A stretch of 59,233 nucleotides of DNA, the filler included. It is 3 parts of 3 records of this genome, joined end to end, with 100 filler letters (N's around TTAATTAATTAA, not from the genome) between each part and the next. Parts side by side here need not be neighbours in the genome. Positions count along the whole stretch, not along the records: positions 1 to 24,603 come from SRR2962707_2276; positions 24,704 to 50,079 come from SRR2962707_2277; 1 more part is not named here. One strand, given 5' to 3'. The position numbers were made by a program, and so were the translations under genes. Position 1 is the first letter of the stretch; every line of letters starts with the position of its first letter. The notes beneath the pieces were generated by a model, which was not told where the DNA came from, searched no databases, and saw nothing but the letters and a program-made list of their open reading frames with translations. Of this stretch, positions 19,823 to 33,234 are shown piece by piece.

Positions 19823-22633
19823 TTGGCTAAAAAGGATCTTCAACTATCCCTCATAGCGGACCCTGTAGCGCTGGATAAAAAGCTCGCTGTCTTCGCTGAA
19901 GCCAATGGCGGCAATGGCGCTGATGTAAATGTGCGAAGTAAAGTTCTGGCTTGCTTAAAAGAAGAAATGGAGCGTGGCCGAAAACAGGCGGAGGAAATGC
20001 TGTTTGAAGATGGGCATGGCTATGGCTGCGCCGAGCGCCTTTCCTATCTGCAAGACGTGGTTATTCAAGCCACATTTTCATTCGCGATGGATCACGTATT
20101 CCAAGTTAAAACTCTATCGCCTAAAGATCGAATTTCTGTCATCGCGGTTGGCGGCTATGGGCGCGGCACGCTGGCCCCGCAATCTGATGTTGATTTATTG
20201 TTTGTGTTTTCACAAACGCAGACAAAACTTGGCACGCTGCTGGCTGAATATATCCTCTATATGCTGTGGGATTTGGGGCTGGATGTGGGCCACGCATCGC
20301 GCACGATTGATGATTGTATCCGCCTATCCAAATCAGATTATACCATTTCTACGTCAATTCTTGAGGCGCGCTATCTAACCGGCGATAGAGAATTGTATGA
20401 AGAGCTGCTCACCCGTTTTGACCGCGAAGTGGTTCAAAAAACAGCGTCACAGTTTACCCAAGCAAAGCTGACAGAGCGCAATGAGCGCCACAAGCGCATG
20501 GGTGAAACACGTTATGTCGTTGAACCTAATGTGAAAGACGGCAAAGGCGGCCTTCGCGACCTGCACACATTGTTCTGGATTGCGAAATATAATTACCGTG
20601 TGCGCAGACGCTCCGAACTTGTTCGCCTCGGCCTCTTTAGCCGTTCAGACTATAATCTGTTTGTGAAATGTGAGGACTTCCTGTGGGCTGTGCGTTGCCA
20701 TTTGCATTTTTCCACCGGCAAGGCTGAAGAGCGGCTGTCGTTTGAAGTACAGCGCGAACTTGCCTCGCGTATGAGCTATCAATCGCATCCAGGTTTGCAA
20801 GAAGTTGAGCGCTTCATGAAGCACTATTTCTTGATGGCCAAAGATGTGGGCGATCTAACGCGCATCTTCTGTGCCGCGCTTGAAGAGCAAGATTTAAAAC
20901 AAGCACCCACGCTGACCAAGTTTTTACAAACGCTGCCGTTTTCGCGCAAAGTCCGCGCGATTGCAGGCATCAAGCATTTCATTATCGACAATCAGCGCAT
21001 TAACGTCGCGGATTCAGATGTGTTTGCCAATGATCCGGTGAACCTGATCCGCATCTTCCATCTGGCTGATCGCTACGAACTTGAATATCATCCAGACGCG
21101 CTGCAATTGATCCGAAAATCGCTGAAACTTATTGATAAAAATCTGCGCATGGATGTGAATGCGAACAAACTATTCTTGAATATTTTAACCTCGCGCAACA
21201 ACCCTGCGCTTAATTTGCGCCGCATGAACGAGGCCGGCGTATTGGGCCGGTTTATTCCTGATTTTGGCAAAATCGTCGCGATGATGCAGTTTAATATGTA
21301 TCACCACTACACGGTTGATGAGCATTTGATCCGCACAGTCGGCGTATTAGCCGATATCGAAAATGGGAAATTGGCCGAGGAGCATCCGCTCGCCTCCGAA
21401 ATTCTGCCATCAATGGGCAAAGATCGGACGCTGCTTTACGTAACCTTGTTGCTGCATGATATCGCCAAGGGGCGTCCGCGCGATCACTCGGTTGCAGGCG
21501 CGGAAGTTGCCCGCCGGATTTGTCCGCGCCTTGGCTTTTCGACAGAAGAAACAGACCTCATTGCGTGGCTCATTCAAGAGCATTTGACCATGAGTATGGT
21601 GGCGCAGTCGCGCGATCTATCGGACCGCAAAACAATCGAAAACTTTGTATCGACTGTACAAAGCGTTCGCCGCCTAAAACTACTGTTGGTTCTAACGGTT
21701 TGCGATATTCGCGCTGTTGGCCCCGGCGTATGGAATGGCTGGAAAGGCCAGCTGCTGCGCACGCTATATCAAGAATCAGAGCTTGCCATGACGGGCGGCT
21801 TTTCTGCCACCGACCGCAAAAGGCGTGCGGCCTACCAACGCGAGAAACTCTTTGAAGCGCTCAGCGATTGGAACCTATCCGATCAGCGCAAATACGCTGA
21901 TCTGCATTATGACAATTATATTTTGACCGTGCCGTTTGAAGATCAAATTGCGCACGCGACATTTGTGCGTGACGCAGATGTCGATGGCAAAGCGCTCTCG
22001 ACAATGGTGCGCACCGATGCTTTTCAGGCGATAACTGAAATTACGGTTCTTGCGCCTGACCATCCGCGCCTACTTTCTATCATCGCAGCGGCATGCACGA
22101 GTGCTGGCGCTTCTATTGACGGCGCGCATATTTTCACAACCGGCGACGGACGTGCGCTTGATACGATCTTGCTCAAACGTGAATTTACACAAGATTCGGA
22201 CGAACTGCGCCGCGCCAAACGCATTGGTAGCCTGATCGAAGAAGTCCTATCGGGCAAAACGCTGATGCCAGCCATGCTTGCTAAACCAAAGCGCAAGGGC
22301 CGCTCATCAAAAGCGTTCCGCATTGAACCGGATATCAGCGTAAACAACAATGTGTCGGATCGTTTTTCTGTGATTGAGGTCGAGTGTTTGGACAGACCAG
22401 CCCTGCTGTCTAATCTGACAGAAGCCCTTTCTGATCTGCACTTAGATATTCGCTCGGCGCATATCACCACCTTTGGTGAAAAGGTAATTGACAGTTTCTA
22501 TGTAACCGATCTAATCGGCCAAAAAGTAACCGATATTAGTCGGCAAAATAGAATCAAGAAAGCACTCCTACCCAAGCTTACACCGCCAAGTGACGGCGCT
22601 GATAAGATTGAGAAAAAAGCGAAAGACGCATAA
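19823..22633 (+). CDS. glnD: [Protein-PII] uridylyltransferase/uridylyl-removing enzyme
   Basis: AVGGYGRG..APQSDVDL, EPNVKDGKGGLRD, HHYTVDEH, LLHDIAKG (HD domain), two C-terminal ACT domains. Confidence 0.97.
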   Translation: MAKKDLQLSLIADPVALDKKLAVFAEANGGNGADVNVRSKVLACLKEEMERGRKQAEEMLFEDGHGYGCAERLSYLQDVVIQATFSFAMDHVFQVKTLSPKDRISVIAVGGYGRGTLAPQSDVDLLFVFSQTQTKLGTLLAEYILYMLWDLGLDVGHASRTIDDCIRLSKSDYTISTSILEARYLTGDRELYEELLTRFDREVVQKTASQFTQAKLTERNERHKRMGETRYVVEPNVKDGKGGLRDLHTLFWIAKYNYRVRRRSELVRLGLFSRSDYNLFVKCEDFLWAVRCHLHFSTGKAEERLSFEVQRELASRMSYQSHPGLQEVERFMKHYFLMAKDVGDLTRIFCAALEEQDLKQAPTLTKFLQTLPFSRKVRAIAGIKHFIIDNQRINVADSDVFANDPVNLIRIFHLADRYELEYHPDALQLIRKSLKLIDKNLRMDVNANKLFLNILTSRNNPALNLRRMNEAGVLGRFIPDFGKIVAMMQFNMYHHYTVDEHLIRTVGVLADIENGKLAEEHPLASEILPSMGKDRTLLYVTLLLHDIAKGRPRDHSVAGAEVARRICPRLGFSTEETDLIAWLIQEHLTMSMVAQSRDLSDRKTIENFVSTVQSVRRLKLLLVLTVCDIRAVGPGVWNGWKGQLLRTLYQESELAMTGGFSATDRKRRAAYQREKLFEALSDWNLSDQRKYADLHYDNYILTVPFEDQIAHATFVRDADVDGKALSTMVRTDAFQAITEITVLAPDHPRLLSIIAAACTSAGASIDGAHIFTTGDGRALDTILLKREFTQDSDELRRAKRIGSLIEEVLSGKTLMPAMLAKPKRKGRSSKAFRIEPDISVNNNVSDRFSVIEVECLDRPALLSNLTEALSDLHLDIRSAHITTFGEKVIDSFYVTDLIGQKVTDISRQNRIKKALLPKLTPPSDGADKIEKKAKDA

Positions 22634-22636
22634 ATC

Positions 22637-24199
22637 GTGGGCTTATTTAAGAAGTTTGCCAGTGTTGGCGGTGCGACCTCAGCAAGCCGTGTGCTTGGCT
22701 TTGTACGTGAAGCATTAATCGCCTCTGTGCTGGGCGCAGGCCCTGTTGCGGATGCGTTCTATGCAGCGTTTAGATTTCCGAATTTGTTTCGCCGGCTTTT
22801 TGCAGAAGGGGCGTTTAATTCCGCCTTTGTGCCGCTGTTTGCCAAAGAGATAGAAGGCGATGGCAAAGAAGCTGCCGCCAAATTTGCGGGCGAAGTTTTC
22901 TCGGTTCTGCTGCTCTCGCTTCTCTTTTTAACGGTTTTGGCGATCGGCTTTATGCCGTTTCTCGTCAGCACAGTCATTGCGCGCGGCTTTGTGGATTCGC
23001 CTGATAAGTTTGAACTAACCGTAACATTGACCCGCATCATGTTCCCCTATCTGACCGCCATGTCGCTCGTGGCTATGTTGTCAGGTATTTTGAATTCGCT
23101 GCGCCGCTATTTCATCGCAGCCATCGCGCCTGTTCTTTTAAACGTGGTTTTGATCGGCGGTCTGACCTCTGCGATTTATCTTGATCTCACCGGACCCCAA
23201 ATCGGCATAATGCTTGCTGTTGGCGTTGTGTTTTCAGGCTTTTTGCAACTCGGTGTTTTGATCTTCGGTCTTTATAAGGCCGAGTTCTCTTTCCGGCCGC
23301 GCAGACCGCGCCTTTCGCCAAAAGTTAAGCGCCTTTTGGCTTTGGCTGCACCGGCCGCACTCACTGGCGGTATTGTTCAAATCAACTTGGTGATCGGTCA
23401 GATTATCGCCTCGCAGCAAGATGGCGCGATCGCGCTTTTGTCTTACGCAGACCGCATCTATCAATTGCCACTTGGCATTATCGGCATCGCTATTGGCGTT
23501 GTACTCCTACCGGAATTATCCAGAGCGCTGAGAGCCAAAGATGATAATGAAGCGTTGAGCCTGCAAAACAAAAGCTTGGAATTTGCCTTGGCGCTCACCG
23601 TGCCTGCCGCCGTTGCACTGGCGCTCATTCCATCTGAGATCGTTACAGTTCTATTCCAGCGCGGCGCTTTTACAGCGCAAACGACCACTGCGACAGCGGC
23701 TGCGCTCGCAGCCTTTGCTGTTGGTCTGCCGTCATTTGTACTGATTAAAGTGTTTCAGCCCGCCTATTTCGCCCGTGAAGATATGCGCACGCCGATGTGG
23801 TTTTCGGTTGTCTCACTGATTGTCAACGCTTCGCTTAGCGTCGCTTTATTTCCGTTTTATGGGCATGTCGGCGTTGCAATAGCAACAAGTGCATCAGGCT
23901 GGGCCACGGCGATCTTGCTCGGCGGCACTTTGTGGATCCGGCGCGATTTTCGTCCATCGCCAGTCACATTGCGCCGCTGTGTCATGATCGTATTTTCGAG
24001 TTTTGTCATGGGTATCGCAATCTATTTTGCCGCCGGGTGGGGCAATGATTTGTTTATGTCATCAACCATTTTGATGCGGGTATTATTGCTGGTTGGCCTT
24101 ATTGTGCTTTCAATGGCGATATATTTTCCACTGGCGCTGATAAGCGGTGCGCTTGATCGCAAAGCGCTTCTTATGTCAATCAAGCGGCCTAAATCTTGA
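22637..24199 (+). CDS. murJ: Lipid II flippase MurJ (MviN)
   Basis: SRVLGFVRE, AFRFPNLFRRLFAEGAF, YADRIYQLPLG. Confidence 0.96.
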   Translation: MGLFKKFASVGGATSASRVLGFVREALIASVLGAGPVADAFYAAFRFPNLFRRLFAEGAFNSAFVPLFAKEIEGDGKEAAAKFAGEVFSVLLLSLLFLTVLAIGFMPFLVSTVIARGFVDSPDKFELTVTLTRIMFPYLTAMSLVAMLSGILNSLRRYFIAAIAPVLLNVVLIGGLTSAIYLDLTGPQIGIMLAVGVVFSGFLQLGVLIFGLYKAEFSFRPRRPRLSPKVKRLLALAAPAALTGGIVQINLVIGQIIASQQDGAIALLSYADRIYQLPLGIIGIAIGVVLLPELSRALRAKDDNEALSLQNKSLEFALALTVPAAVALALIPSEIVTVLFQRGAFTAQTTTATAAALAAFAVGLPSFVLIKVFQPAYFAREDMRTPMWFSVVSLIVNASLSVALFPFYGHVGVAIATSASGWATAILLGGTLWIRRDFRPSPVTLRRCVMIVFSSFVMGIAIYFAAGWGNDLFMSSTILMRVLLLVGLIVLSMAIYFPLALISGALDRKALLMSIKRPKS

Positions 24200-24256
24200 A
24201 TAGAACGCACGGGCCTGCCATAAGCGCACAACAATATAAATCTATGTGAGAACTCC

Positions 24257-24603
24257 ATGTCCAATTCAATTCCAGAGCGCGTCTTTTCAGGTGTTCAGCC
24301 AACCGGCAATTTGACGCTTGGCAACTATCTTGGCGCCATTCGCAAATTCGTTGCGCTGCAAGACACCCATAATTGTATGTACTGTGTTGTTGATCTGCAC
24401 GCGCTGACGATAGCGCCAGATCCAGTGGAACTGATGAACGCAACACGGTCCGTTGCTGCTGCCTATATTGCAGCGGGTATTGATGTGAAAAAGCACATTG
24501 TGTTCAATCAAAGCCGTGTGCACGAGCACGCCGAATTGGCGTGGATATTTAACTGCGTTACCCGCATGGGCTGGCTCAATCGCATGACCCAGTTCAAGGA
24601 AAA
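24257..24603 (+). CDS. trpS: Tryptophanyl-tRNA synthetase, 5' fragment truncated at the contig end
   Basis: [37 protein letters not shown]. Confidence 0.93.
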
Positions 24604-24703
24604 NNNNNNNNNNNNNNNNNNNNNNNNNNNNNNNNNNNNNNNNNNNNTTAATTAATTAANNNNNNNNNNNNNNNNNNNNNNNNNNNNNNNNNNNNNNNNN
24701 NNN
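24604..24703. other. Artificial contig spacer N44-TTAATTAATTAA-N44
   Basis: 12-mer with stops in all six frames inside N runs; identical to the spacer at 50080; composition and taxon change across it. Confidence 0.98.
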
Positions 24704-24794
24704 ATGAAGTCACTGGCATTTGGATTGGTATTAAAGCTAACAAATAATCAACGTAATTCTAAACAAGAGCTATTTAAACAATATTTTATTGGTA

Positions 24795-25658
24795 ATGAAG
24801 TTAGGAGAAATAAAAAGGTTATATCAAAACGAATTAGAGGCTTTGTATCCTTTAGAGGAAATAAAAACTTTTTTTAATTGGCTTTGCGAGGCGTATTTAC
24901 AATTAAAACCTTTTCAGATACAGCAGGATTTAGATCTAGTTATAGAAGCTAACAGTTTATTAAAATTTCAGTCAGCTTTAAATGCTTTAAAAGTAGAAAA
25001 GCCAATACAGTATATTCTAGGGAGTGCTCATTTTTATGGTATGGAATTTATGGTAAATGAGCACACCTTAATTCCGCGCCCAGAAACCGAAGAGTTGGTT
25101 TCATGGATTTTAAAAGATGTTTCAAAAAGCGATAATTTAAACATTCTTGACATTGGAACTGGAACGGGCTGTATTCCAATCGCTATTGCTAAAAACTTAC
25201 CAAATGCAAGGGTGTATGCGTTGGATGTTTCTGCGGAAGCTCTAAAAATAGCAAAGAGGAATGCTGAAAGTAATAATGTAAAAGTTACATTTTCGGAAGT
25301 AGATATTCTTAAGTGTTCAGATTTGTCAATTATTTTTCCTGAAGTAAGCCGATTTGATGTTATAGTTTCAAATCCACCATATGTTCGGAATCTTGAAAAG
25401 AAGGAAATGAATACGAATGTTTTAGCATACGAGCCTGAAACAGCTTTGTTCGTAGCAGATGATAATGCGCTACTTTTTTATGAAATAATAGCTGTATTAG
25501 CTTCGAGTAATTTAAAAGAAGATGGGAAGTTGTATTTTGAAATTAATCAATATTTAGGGAAGGAAATGCTGGAACTAATGGAGAAATATAAATTCAGCAA
25601 TAATCAACTTAAAAAGGATCTTTTTGGAAATAACAGGATGATGAAGGGAGAGAAGTAG
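24795..25658 (+). CDS. prmC: Release factor glutamine methyltransferase
   Basis: PIQYILG, LIPRPETEELV, ILDIGTGTGCI, VSNPPY. Confidence 0.95.
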   Translation: MKLGEIKRLYQNELEALYPLEEIKTFFNWLCEAYLQLKPFQIQQDLDLVIEANSLLKFQSALNALKVEKPIQYILGSAHFYGMEFMVNEHTLIPRPETEELVSWILKDVSKSDNLNILDIGTGTGCIPIAIAKNLPNARVYALDVSAEALKIAKRNAESNNVKVTFSEVDILKCSDLSIIFPEVSRFDVIVSNPPYVRNLEKKEMNTNVLAYEPETALFVADDNALLFYEIIAVLASSNLKEDGKLYFEINQYLGKEMLELMEKYKFSNNQLKKDLFGNNRMMKGEK

Positions 25659-25706
25659 TAGCCTGTTTTTATCTGTTTTTCATCTTCTATAAGTAAGCTT
25701 TTTTAC

Positions 25707-25714
25707 TATATTTG
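25707..25714 (+). promoter_or_regulatory. Bacteroidota sigma-A -7 promoter element (TAnnTTTG) for the riboswitch-eriC transcript
   Basis: TATATTTG about 10 nt before the riboswitch P1. Confidence 0.7.
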
Positions 25715-25724
25715 CATCACATTT

Positions 25725-25773
25725 GGCAATGAGGTCTGCCTTTAACCGCTCAAAATGAGCTGATGACTTCTAC
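25725..25773 (+). ncRNA. Fluoride (crcB-motif) riboswitch
   Basis: GGCAATGAGGTCTGCC-TTT-AACCGCTC-AAAAT-GAGCTGATGACTTCTAC: P1 GGCA/TGCC, P2 GCTC/GAGC, pseudoknot GAGGTC/GACTTC, terminal CTAC; directly upstream of a CLC-F gene. Confidence 0.92.
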
Positions 25774-25818
25774 TGATAATGGCTTATGCCAGTGTAGAAT
25801 CATTATATATATGTCAAA

Positions 25819-27123
25819 ATGAATATCAAAACAATCAAAGATTATTTGTTCTCACTAGAGCAAATTCCCACATTATTTTATCTTTTTAAATGGATTTTAA
25901 TTTGTGCTTTAATAGGAAGCATTGTAGGGAGTGTCTCTGCTTTTTTTCTATTAAGTTTAGAATGGGCAACAAATTGGAGAGAAGCTCATTTGTGGATTAT
26001 TGCGTTACTTCCATTAGGAGGGTTTATTATTGGACTGTCCTATCATTTATATGGAAACAGTGTAGTTAAAGGAAATAATTTGTTGTTGGAAGAGTTTCAT
26101 ACCCCAAAAAAGGTAATTCCTTTCCGTATGGCGCCTTTGGTGCTTTTTGGTACTATTGTTACTCATTTATTTGGAGGTTCGGCAGGACGAGAGGGAACTG
26201 CAGTACAAATAGGGGGAGCTATAGCAGATAGGTTTACAAAGTTGTTGAAACTATCTAATCGAGATAGGAGAATTGTTTTAATTGTAGGGATTAGCGCTGG
26301 TTTTGCTTCTGTATTTGGAACGCCCTTGGCAGGAGGGATTTTTGCATTGGAAGTTTTAATATTGGGTAGAATTCGTTTGGATGCTATTATTCCAAGTTTT
26401 ATGGGAGCTGTTTTTGCAAATTATTTTTGTGAAGTTTGGAATGTATCTCATACACATTATCATATTTCTTCTGTGGCAGAGATGAATCCTGTAAACCTTT
26501 TATGGGCATTATTAGCAGGAATTATTTTCGGATTGGTAGCTATGTTATTTTCAAAATCTACCCATTTTTGGAGTAATTTATTTAAAAAACACATAAAATA
26601 TCCTCCTTTAAGACCTTTTGTAGGAGGGATAGTTTTGGCTATTGCTGTTTATGCAATAGGAACCACAAAATATATAGGATTAGGAATTCCAACAATTGTA
26701 GATTCTTTTAATGAGAATTTAAATTCTTACGATTTTTTACTAAAACTTTTATTTACTTCCTTCACTTTAGGCGCAGGTTTTAAAGGAGGTGAGGTAACTC
26801 CTTTATTTTACATCGGAGCAGCATTAGGAAATGTGCTAATTTGGTTTATCCCGTTGCCAATGGGGTTATTGGCAGGAATGGGATTTGTAGCTGTTTTTGC
26901 TGGAGCAACAAATACTCCTATAGCATGTACTGTTATGGGGATAGAATTATTTGGAATTGAAGCAGGGGTTTTTATTGCATTGGCTTGTAGTACGGCTTAT
27001 TTATTCTCTGGTCATACAGGGGTATATTCTTCTCAGATAATTGGGAGTCCTAAAAACACTTCTTTTTTAAGGGAAAAAGGCTTGCATCTATCGGATATCA
27101 AAAATAAAAGACAGAAAAAATAA
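25819..27123 (+). CDS. eriC: CLC-F fluoride/proton antiporter (EriC-F)
   Basis: All three CLC-F clade signatures (GNNLL, GREGT, GEVTP) plus the upstream fluoride riboswitch. Confidence 0.9.
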   Translation: MNIKTIKDYLFSLEQIPTLFYLFKWILICALIGSIVGSVSAFFLLSLEWATNWREAHLWIIALLPLGGFIIGLSYHLYGNSVVKGNNLLLEEFHTPKKVIPFRMAPLVLFGTIVTHLFGGSAGREGTAVQIGGAIADRFTKLLKLSNRDRRIVLIVGISAGFASVFGTPLAGGIFALEVLILGRIRLDAIIPSFMGAVFANYFCEVWNVSHTHYHISSVAEMNPVNLLWALLAGIIFGLVAMLFSKSTHFWSNLFKKHIKYPPLRPFVGGIVLAIAVYAIGTTKYIGLGIPTIVDSFNENLNSYDFLLKLLFTSFTLGAGFKGGEVTPLFYIGAALGNVLIWFIPLPMGLLAGMGFVAVFAGATNTPIACTVMGIELFGIEAGVFIALACSTAYLFSGHTGVYSSQIIGSPKNTSFLREKGLHLSDIKNKRQKK

Positions 27124-27379
27124 GGAAGTCTATTGCGGTAAGAATTTGCTCGATATGGGAGCGTTTAACTATTTTTTAGATCAAATTTGTTTCCGGATTA
27201 TTAGAGTTTTGCATTTTTGAGTCTTATGGATTCTAGATCTTTCTGGAAGTATGAGAATGAATTAAAAAAGTCGATAGATTAAGTTGTGAAATAAAATCGG
27301 TTTTTTTTTAGATCTATTGTTGGTTTAAATATGTAGGATTAATTAGCGGCTCAGATTATAAAAATATCCTTCATTAACC

Positions 27380-27387
27380 TATATTTG
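27380..27387 (+). promoter_or_regulatory. Bacteroidota -7 promoter element upstream of ligA
   Basis: TATATTTG 40 nt upstream of the ATG. Confidence 0.55.
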
Positions 27388-27390
27388 TGA

Positions 27391-30075
<2,685 letters not shown>

Positions 30076-30092
<17 letters not shown>

Positions 30093-30981
30093 TTCCATCT
30101 GAAGATTTTTCTTTTTCGTCAAAATAAAAATCGATTCTCCCTAAATAAATTCCATAGCAACCAACTTGGTTAATAAGTACTTTTTGTCCTTTTCTGTTGA
30201 TTTCTACTACTGGTTTGTCTAAAAAAGTATGTGTATGCCCACCAATAATTAAATCGATGTTTTCCGTGTTTTGTGCCAAAACAATATCAGAAACAGTGTT
30301 ATCTTGGTATTTAAAACCTAAATGTGATAAACAAATAACAAGGTCGCATTTTTGTTCTTTTTTTAGTTCTCGGGTTAAATCTTGTGCAATTTCAATTGGA
30401 TCGAGATATTTGGTTTCTTTATAGAGTCCTTTAGTAACAAGACCTTCCAGCTCAACCCCTAACCCAAAAACTCCAATTTTAAGACCGTCTTTAGTAAAAA
30501 TTTTATAGGGCTTTATTTGTCCATCCATAATGGTGTTGGAAAAATCGTAATTACCGTTTATAATTTCGAACTTTGCATTTGGAAGCTGAGAAAGCAAGCC
30601 GTCAATACCATTATCAAAATCGTGATTTCCAAGGGTAGCAGCATCGTATTTTAGCATGCTCATTAACTTAAATTCAATTTCACCTCCGTAGAAATTAAAA
30701 TAAGGAGTACCTTGAAAAATATCTCCAGCATCCAATAAAAGTGTATTTGGATTTTCTGTTCTTATTTGTTCAATTAAAGTAGCTCGTCTAGCCACTCCTC
30801 CTTGGTTAGGGTTTCTGGCATCGGTGGCAGGGAATGGGTCTATATGACTGTGCACATCGTTGGTGTGGAGTATTGTAATATGTTTTTTTCTTTCCGTAGA
30901 ACAAGAAGTTAACGAAAGTCCGCCAGCTGTTATGAATGCAGTACTTGCTACTGTATTGTTTATAAATTGTCTTCTTTTCAT
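30076..30981 (-). CDS. 5'-nucleotidase N-terminal metallophosphoesterase subunit (Tat/lipoprotein signal)
   Basis: ILHTNDVHSH, LDAGD, GNHDFD, LSHLG, GGHTH; N-terminal KRRQFI and LTSC. Confidence 0.9.
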
Positions 30982-30984
30982 TAC

Positions 30985-31749
30985 TTACTTTTTTATAAAT
31001 CTGTTATCGGTACTCGCTTTAATAGTGTCTACTTTTTCAAAATAATCTATCAATTCGTTTCGTAATAAATAATTAATATCTATAGTTTGAATTGGATTCT
31101 TAAAGAAGTTCATATGGTCTCCGCCCGTTGCAAGAAAATCTGAAGTTGCTACAAAATAGGTTCTATTGTCTTCAATAGGTTTTCCGTTTATGGTGCTACT
31201 TTTTACAGAGCTATCCCTGTTTAGAATTATTTGTAATTGTTTACTAATGGGGTGAGCAGTTTGCTTTTCAGCTAAAAAAGAAATAAGTTCTTTTACCTTT
31301 TCTGCGGACAATTCTAGCACATAAGTTTCATTTTTAAAAGGCATAATTTCGTATGCTGTTCTTCGGCTAACTTTTCCTTTTGACATTGCTGCGCGAATTC
31401 CTCCGTGATTCAAAAGCACAAAATCTATGTTATTTCCAGTACGTTTATTAAAAATTGGATTAGATTGTTCGTAAGTAATATCTGCCATCAAATTTCCGAT
31501 AGAAGAGTTTAATTTACCATCATTTTTAGACAAATTAGTAGGATTATACGCTAATTGTGCGTCTAAAACTTCTTCAATATGCTCGCGATAAGGTGTTATA
31601 AATTGATCTATACTATCCACGCTAGCTATAGAATCTGTTATATTTATTCTTTTTCCTGTAATACTACTGGGGGAGTTAATCCCTTGATTACAAGAGGTGA
31701 AACCTATGATTGTTATAAATATAACAAAATGTTTAGTTTTAAGAGGCAT
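30985..31749 (-). CDS. 5'-nucleotidase C-terminal substrate-binding subunit (lipoprotein)
   Basis: FTSC lipobox, IGNLMAD, NHGGIR, EIMPF.N, TSDFLATGGD. Confidence 0.88.
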   Translation of the reverse strand: MPLKTKHFVIFITIIGFTSCNQGINSPSSITGKRINITDSIASVDSIDQFITPYREHIEEVLDAQLAYNPTNLSKNDGKLNSSIGNLMADITYEQSNPIFNKRTGNNIDFVLLNHGGIRAAMSKGKVSRRTAYEIMPFKNETYVLELSAEKVKELISFLAEKQTAHPISKQLQIILNRDSSVKSSTINGKPIEDNRTYFVATSDFLATGGDHMNFFKNPIQTIDINYLLRNELIDYFEKVDTIKASTDNRFIKK

Positions 31750-31816
31750 AAGATTCTTAATTTTAATATCAGGAACTATTGAAAGTTTTACATTTGCAAA
31801 AATAACGGAAATGTAA

Positions 31817-32338
31817 ATGATTTTTAAGGGCCTTAAAGAAAAATCAATAAAAAAAGCAATTCAGAAGTCAGTTCTAAACCAAGTTCAGTCTGCTGGAGAC
31901 ACTGGTGCTGTGCGTTCGCTTGCTATTGTTATTAATTATGACAAGCTGGTAGATTACAAACCACTTATGGATATAGCAAAAGCTATAAATATAAGTAATG
32001 AAGACGTTTATATTATTGGGTATGTAAATAAGTTTTATAAGAATGTAAACTATTTGATACCTGTTTTTACAGATAATTCCTTCGGTATGAAGGGGAAAAT
32101 TAAAAGTGAAGAAGTAAACGAGTTTTTAAAGCGAGATTATGATATTGTGATTAATTATTATACAGAACCGAATATTTATTTAACGCTAGTTTCAGCTTTA
32201 ATTAAAAGTGAGTTAAAAGTAGGGATTACTAGCGAAGGAGAAGCGATAAACAATTTAGTATTGAAGACAGATGAAAAGGATTTTTATCAGTTTAATAATG
32301 AACTAGTTAAATACCTTTCTATTTTAAAAAAGATATGA
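31817..32338 (+). CDS. Conserved Bacteroidota hypothetical protein (DUF6913-like) upstream of dapA
   Basis: Intact ORF overlapping the dapA start, preceded by TACATTTG at 31789-31796; family named from recall only. Confidence 0.6.
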   Translation: MIFKGLKEKSIKKAIQKSVLNQVQSAGDTGAVRSLAIVINYDKLVDYKPLMDIAKAINISNEDVYIIGYVNKFYKNVNYLIPVFTDNSFGMKGKIKSEEVNEFLKRDYDIVINYYTEPNIYLTLVSALIKSELKVGITSEGEAINNLVLKTDEKDFYQFNNELVKYLSILKKI

Positions 32339-33234
32339 TTATGTCAAAGTTTTTAGGAACGGGAGTTGCATTAGTAACACCTTTCAGAGAAGATTTAAGT
32401 GTTGATGTGGATGCATTAATCAACATTGTAAACCATGCAATTAATGGGGGAGTAGAATATTTGGTGGTTTTAGGAACTACTGCAGAATCTGCTACACTTA
32501 CTAAGGAGGAAAAAGAACTTGTAAAACATACAATAGTAAAAGCTAATAGTGGACGTGTTCCTTTGGTTGTTGGTGTTGGAGGTAATAATACTGCTGAGGT
32601 AGTAAACGAACTTCAAACAAGCGATCTTAGTGCTTTTGATGCAATTTTATCAGTATCGCCTTACTATAATAAACCTACACAAGAAGGAATTTATCAGCAT
32701 TTTAAAGCAATAGCAGAGGTTTCTCCGTTGCCAATAATTTTATACAACGTTCCTGGAAGAACAGGTTCTAATGTACTGCCAAAAACAATTATTCGTCTTG
32801 CAACCGATTTTAAAAATATTATTGGAGTAAAAGAAGCAGCAGGAGATATTGTCCAAGCTATGCGTTTAATTAAAGACAAACCAAAAGACTTTTTAGTAAT
32901 TTCTGGGGATGATATGATTACGTTACCGATGATTCTTGCTGGTGGAGCTGGTGTTATTTCTGTTATTGGGCAAGGGTTGCCAAAAGAGTTTTCTTTAATG
33001 GTACGTTACGCTTTAAGAGGTAATTTGGATGATGCAAATAATATCCATTTCCAATTAATGGATATTATAGATTATATTTTTGAAGAAGGAAATCCAGCTG
33101 GAATTAAAGCTGTGTTTGAGAATTTAGGATTAAGCACTGGGAAAGTGAGACTTCCTTTAATGGAGGCAACAGCTGCACTAAAACAGAAGATAAATAGTTT
33201 TCCTATTTTAGCCACAAATAAAATTAATGGTTAA
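32335..33234 (+). CDS. dapA: 4-hydroxy-tetrahydrodipicolinate synthase
   Basis: [36 protein letters not shown]. Confidence 0.96.
   Translation: MIMSKFLGTGVALVTPFREDLSVDVDALINIVNHAINGGVEYLVVLGTTAESATLTKEEKELVKHTIVKANSGRVPLVVGVGGNNTAEVVNELQTSDLSAFDAILSVSPYYNKPTQEGIYQHFKAIAEVSPLPIILYNVPGRTGSNVLPKTIIRLATDFKNIIGVKEAAGDIVQAMRLIKDKPKDFLVISGDDMITLPMILAGGAGVISVIGQGLPKEFSLMVRYALRGNLDDANNIHFQLMDIIDYIFEEGNPAGIKAVFENLGLSTGKVRLPLMEATAALKQKINSFPILATNKING

Noticed and set aside
132-24529. Many 60-180 aa antisense or alternate-frame ORFs over the alphaproteobacterial genes
   Set aside because: They are shadow ORFs overlapping well-supported genes and carry no recognisable motifs.
24257-24655. ORF track shows trpS as a 132-aa ORF ending in X residues
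   Set aside because: The stop comes from the artificial linker. The gene is cut by the contig end and is not a pseudogene.
24648-24659. TTAATTAATTAA repeated at 50124-50135, considered as a biological repeat or att site
   Set aside because: It sits at the centre of identical N runs and is a standard six-frame stop linker.
24704-24794. Possible gene end or short ORF upstream of prmC
   Set aside because: Too short and has no identifiable motif.
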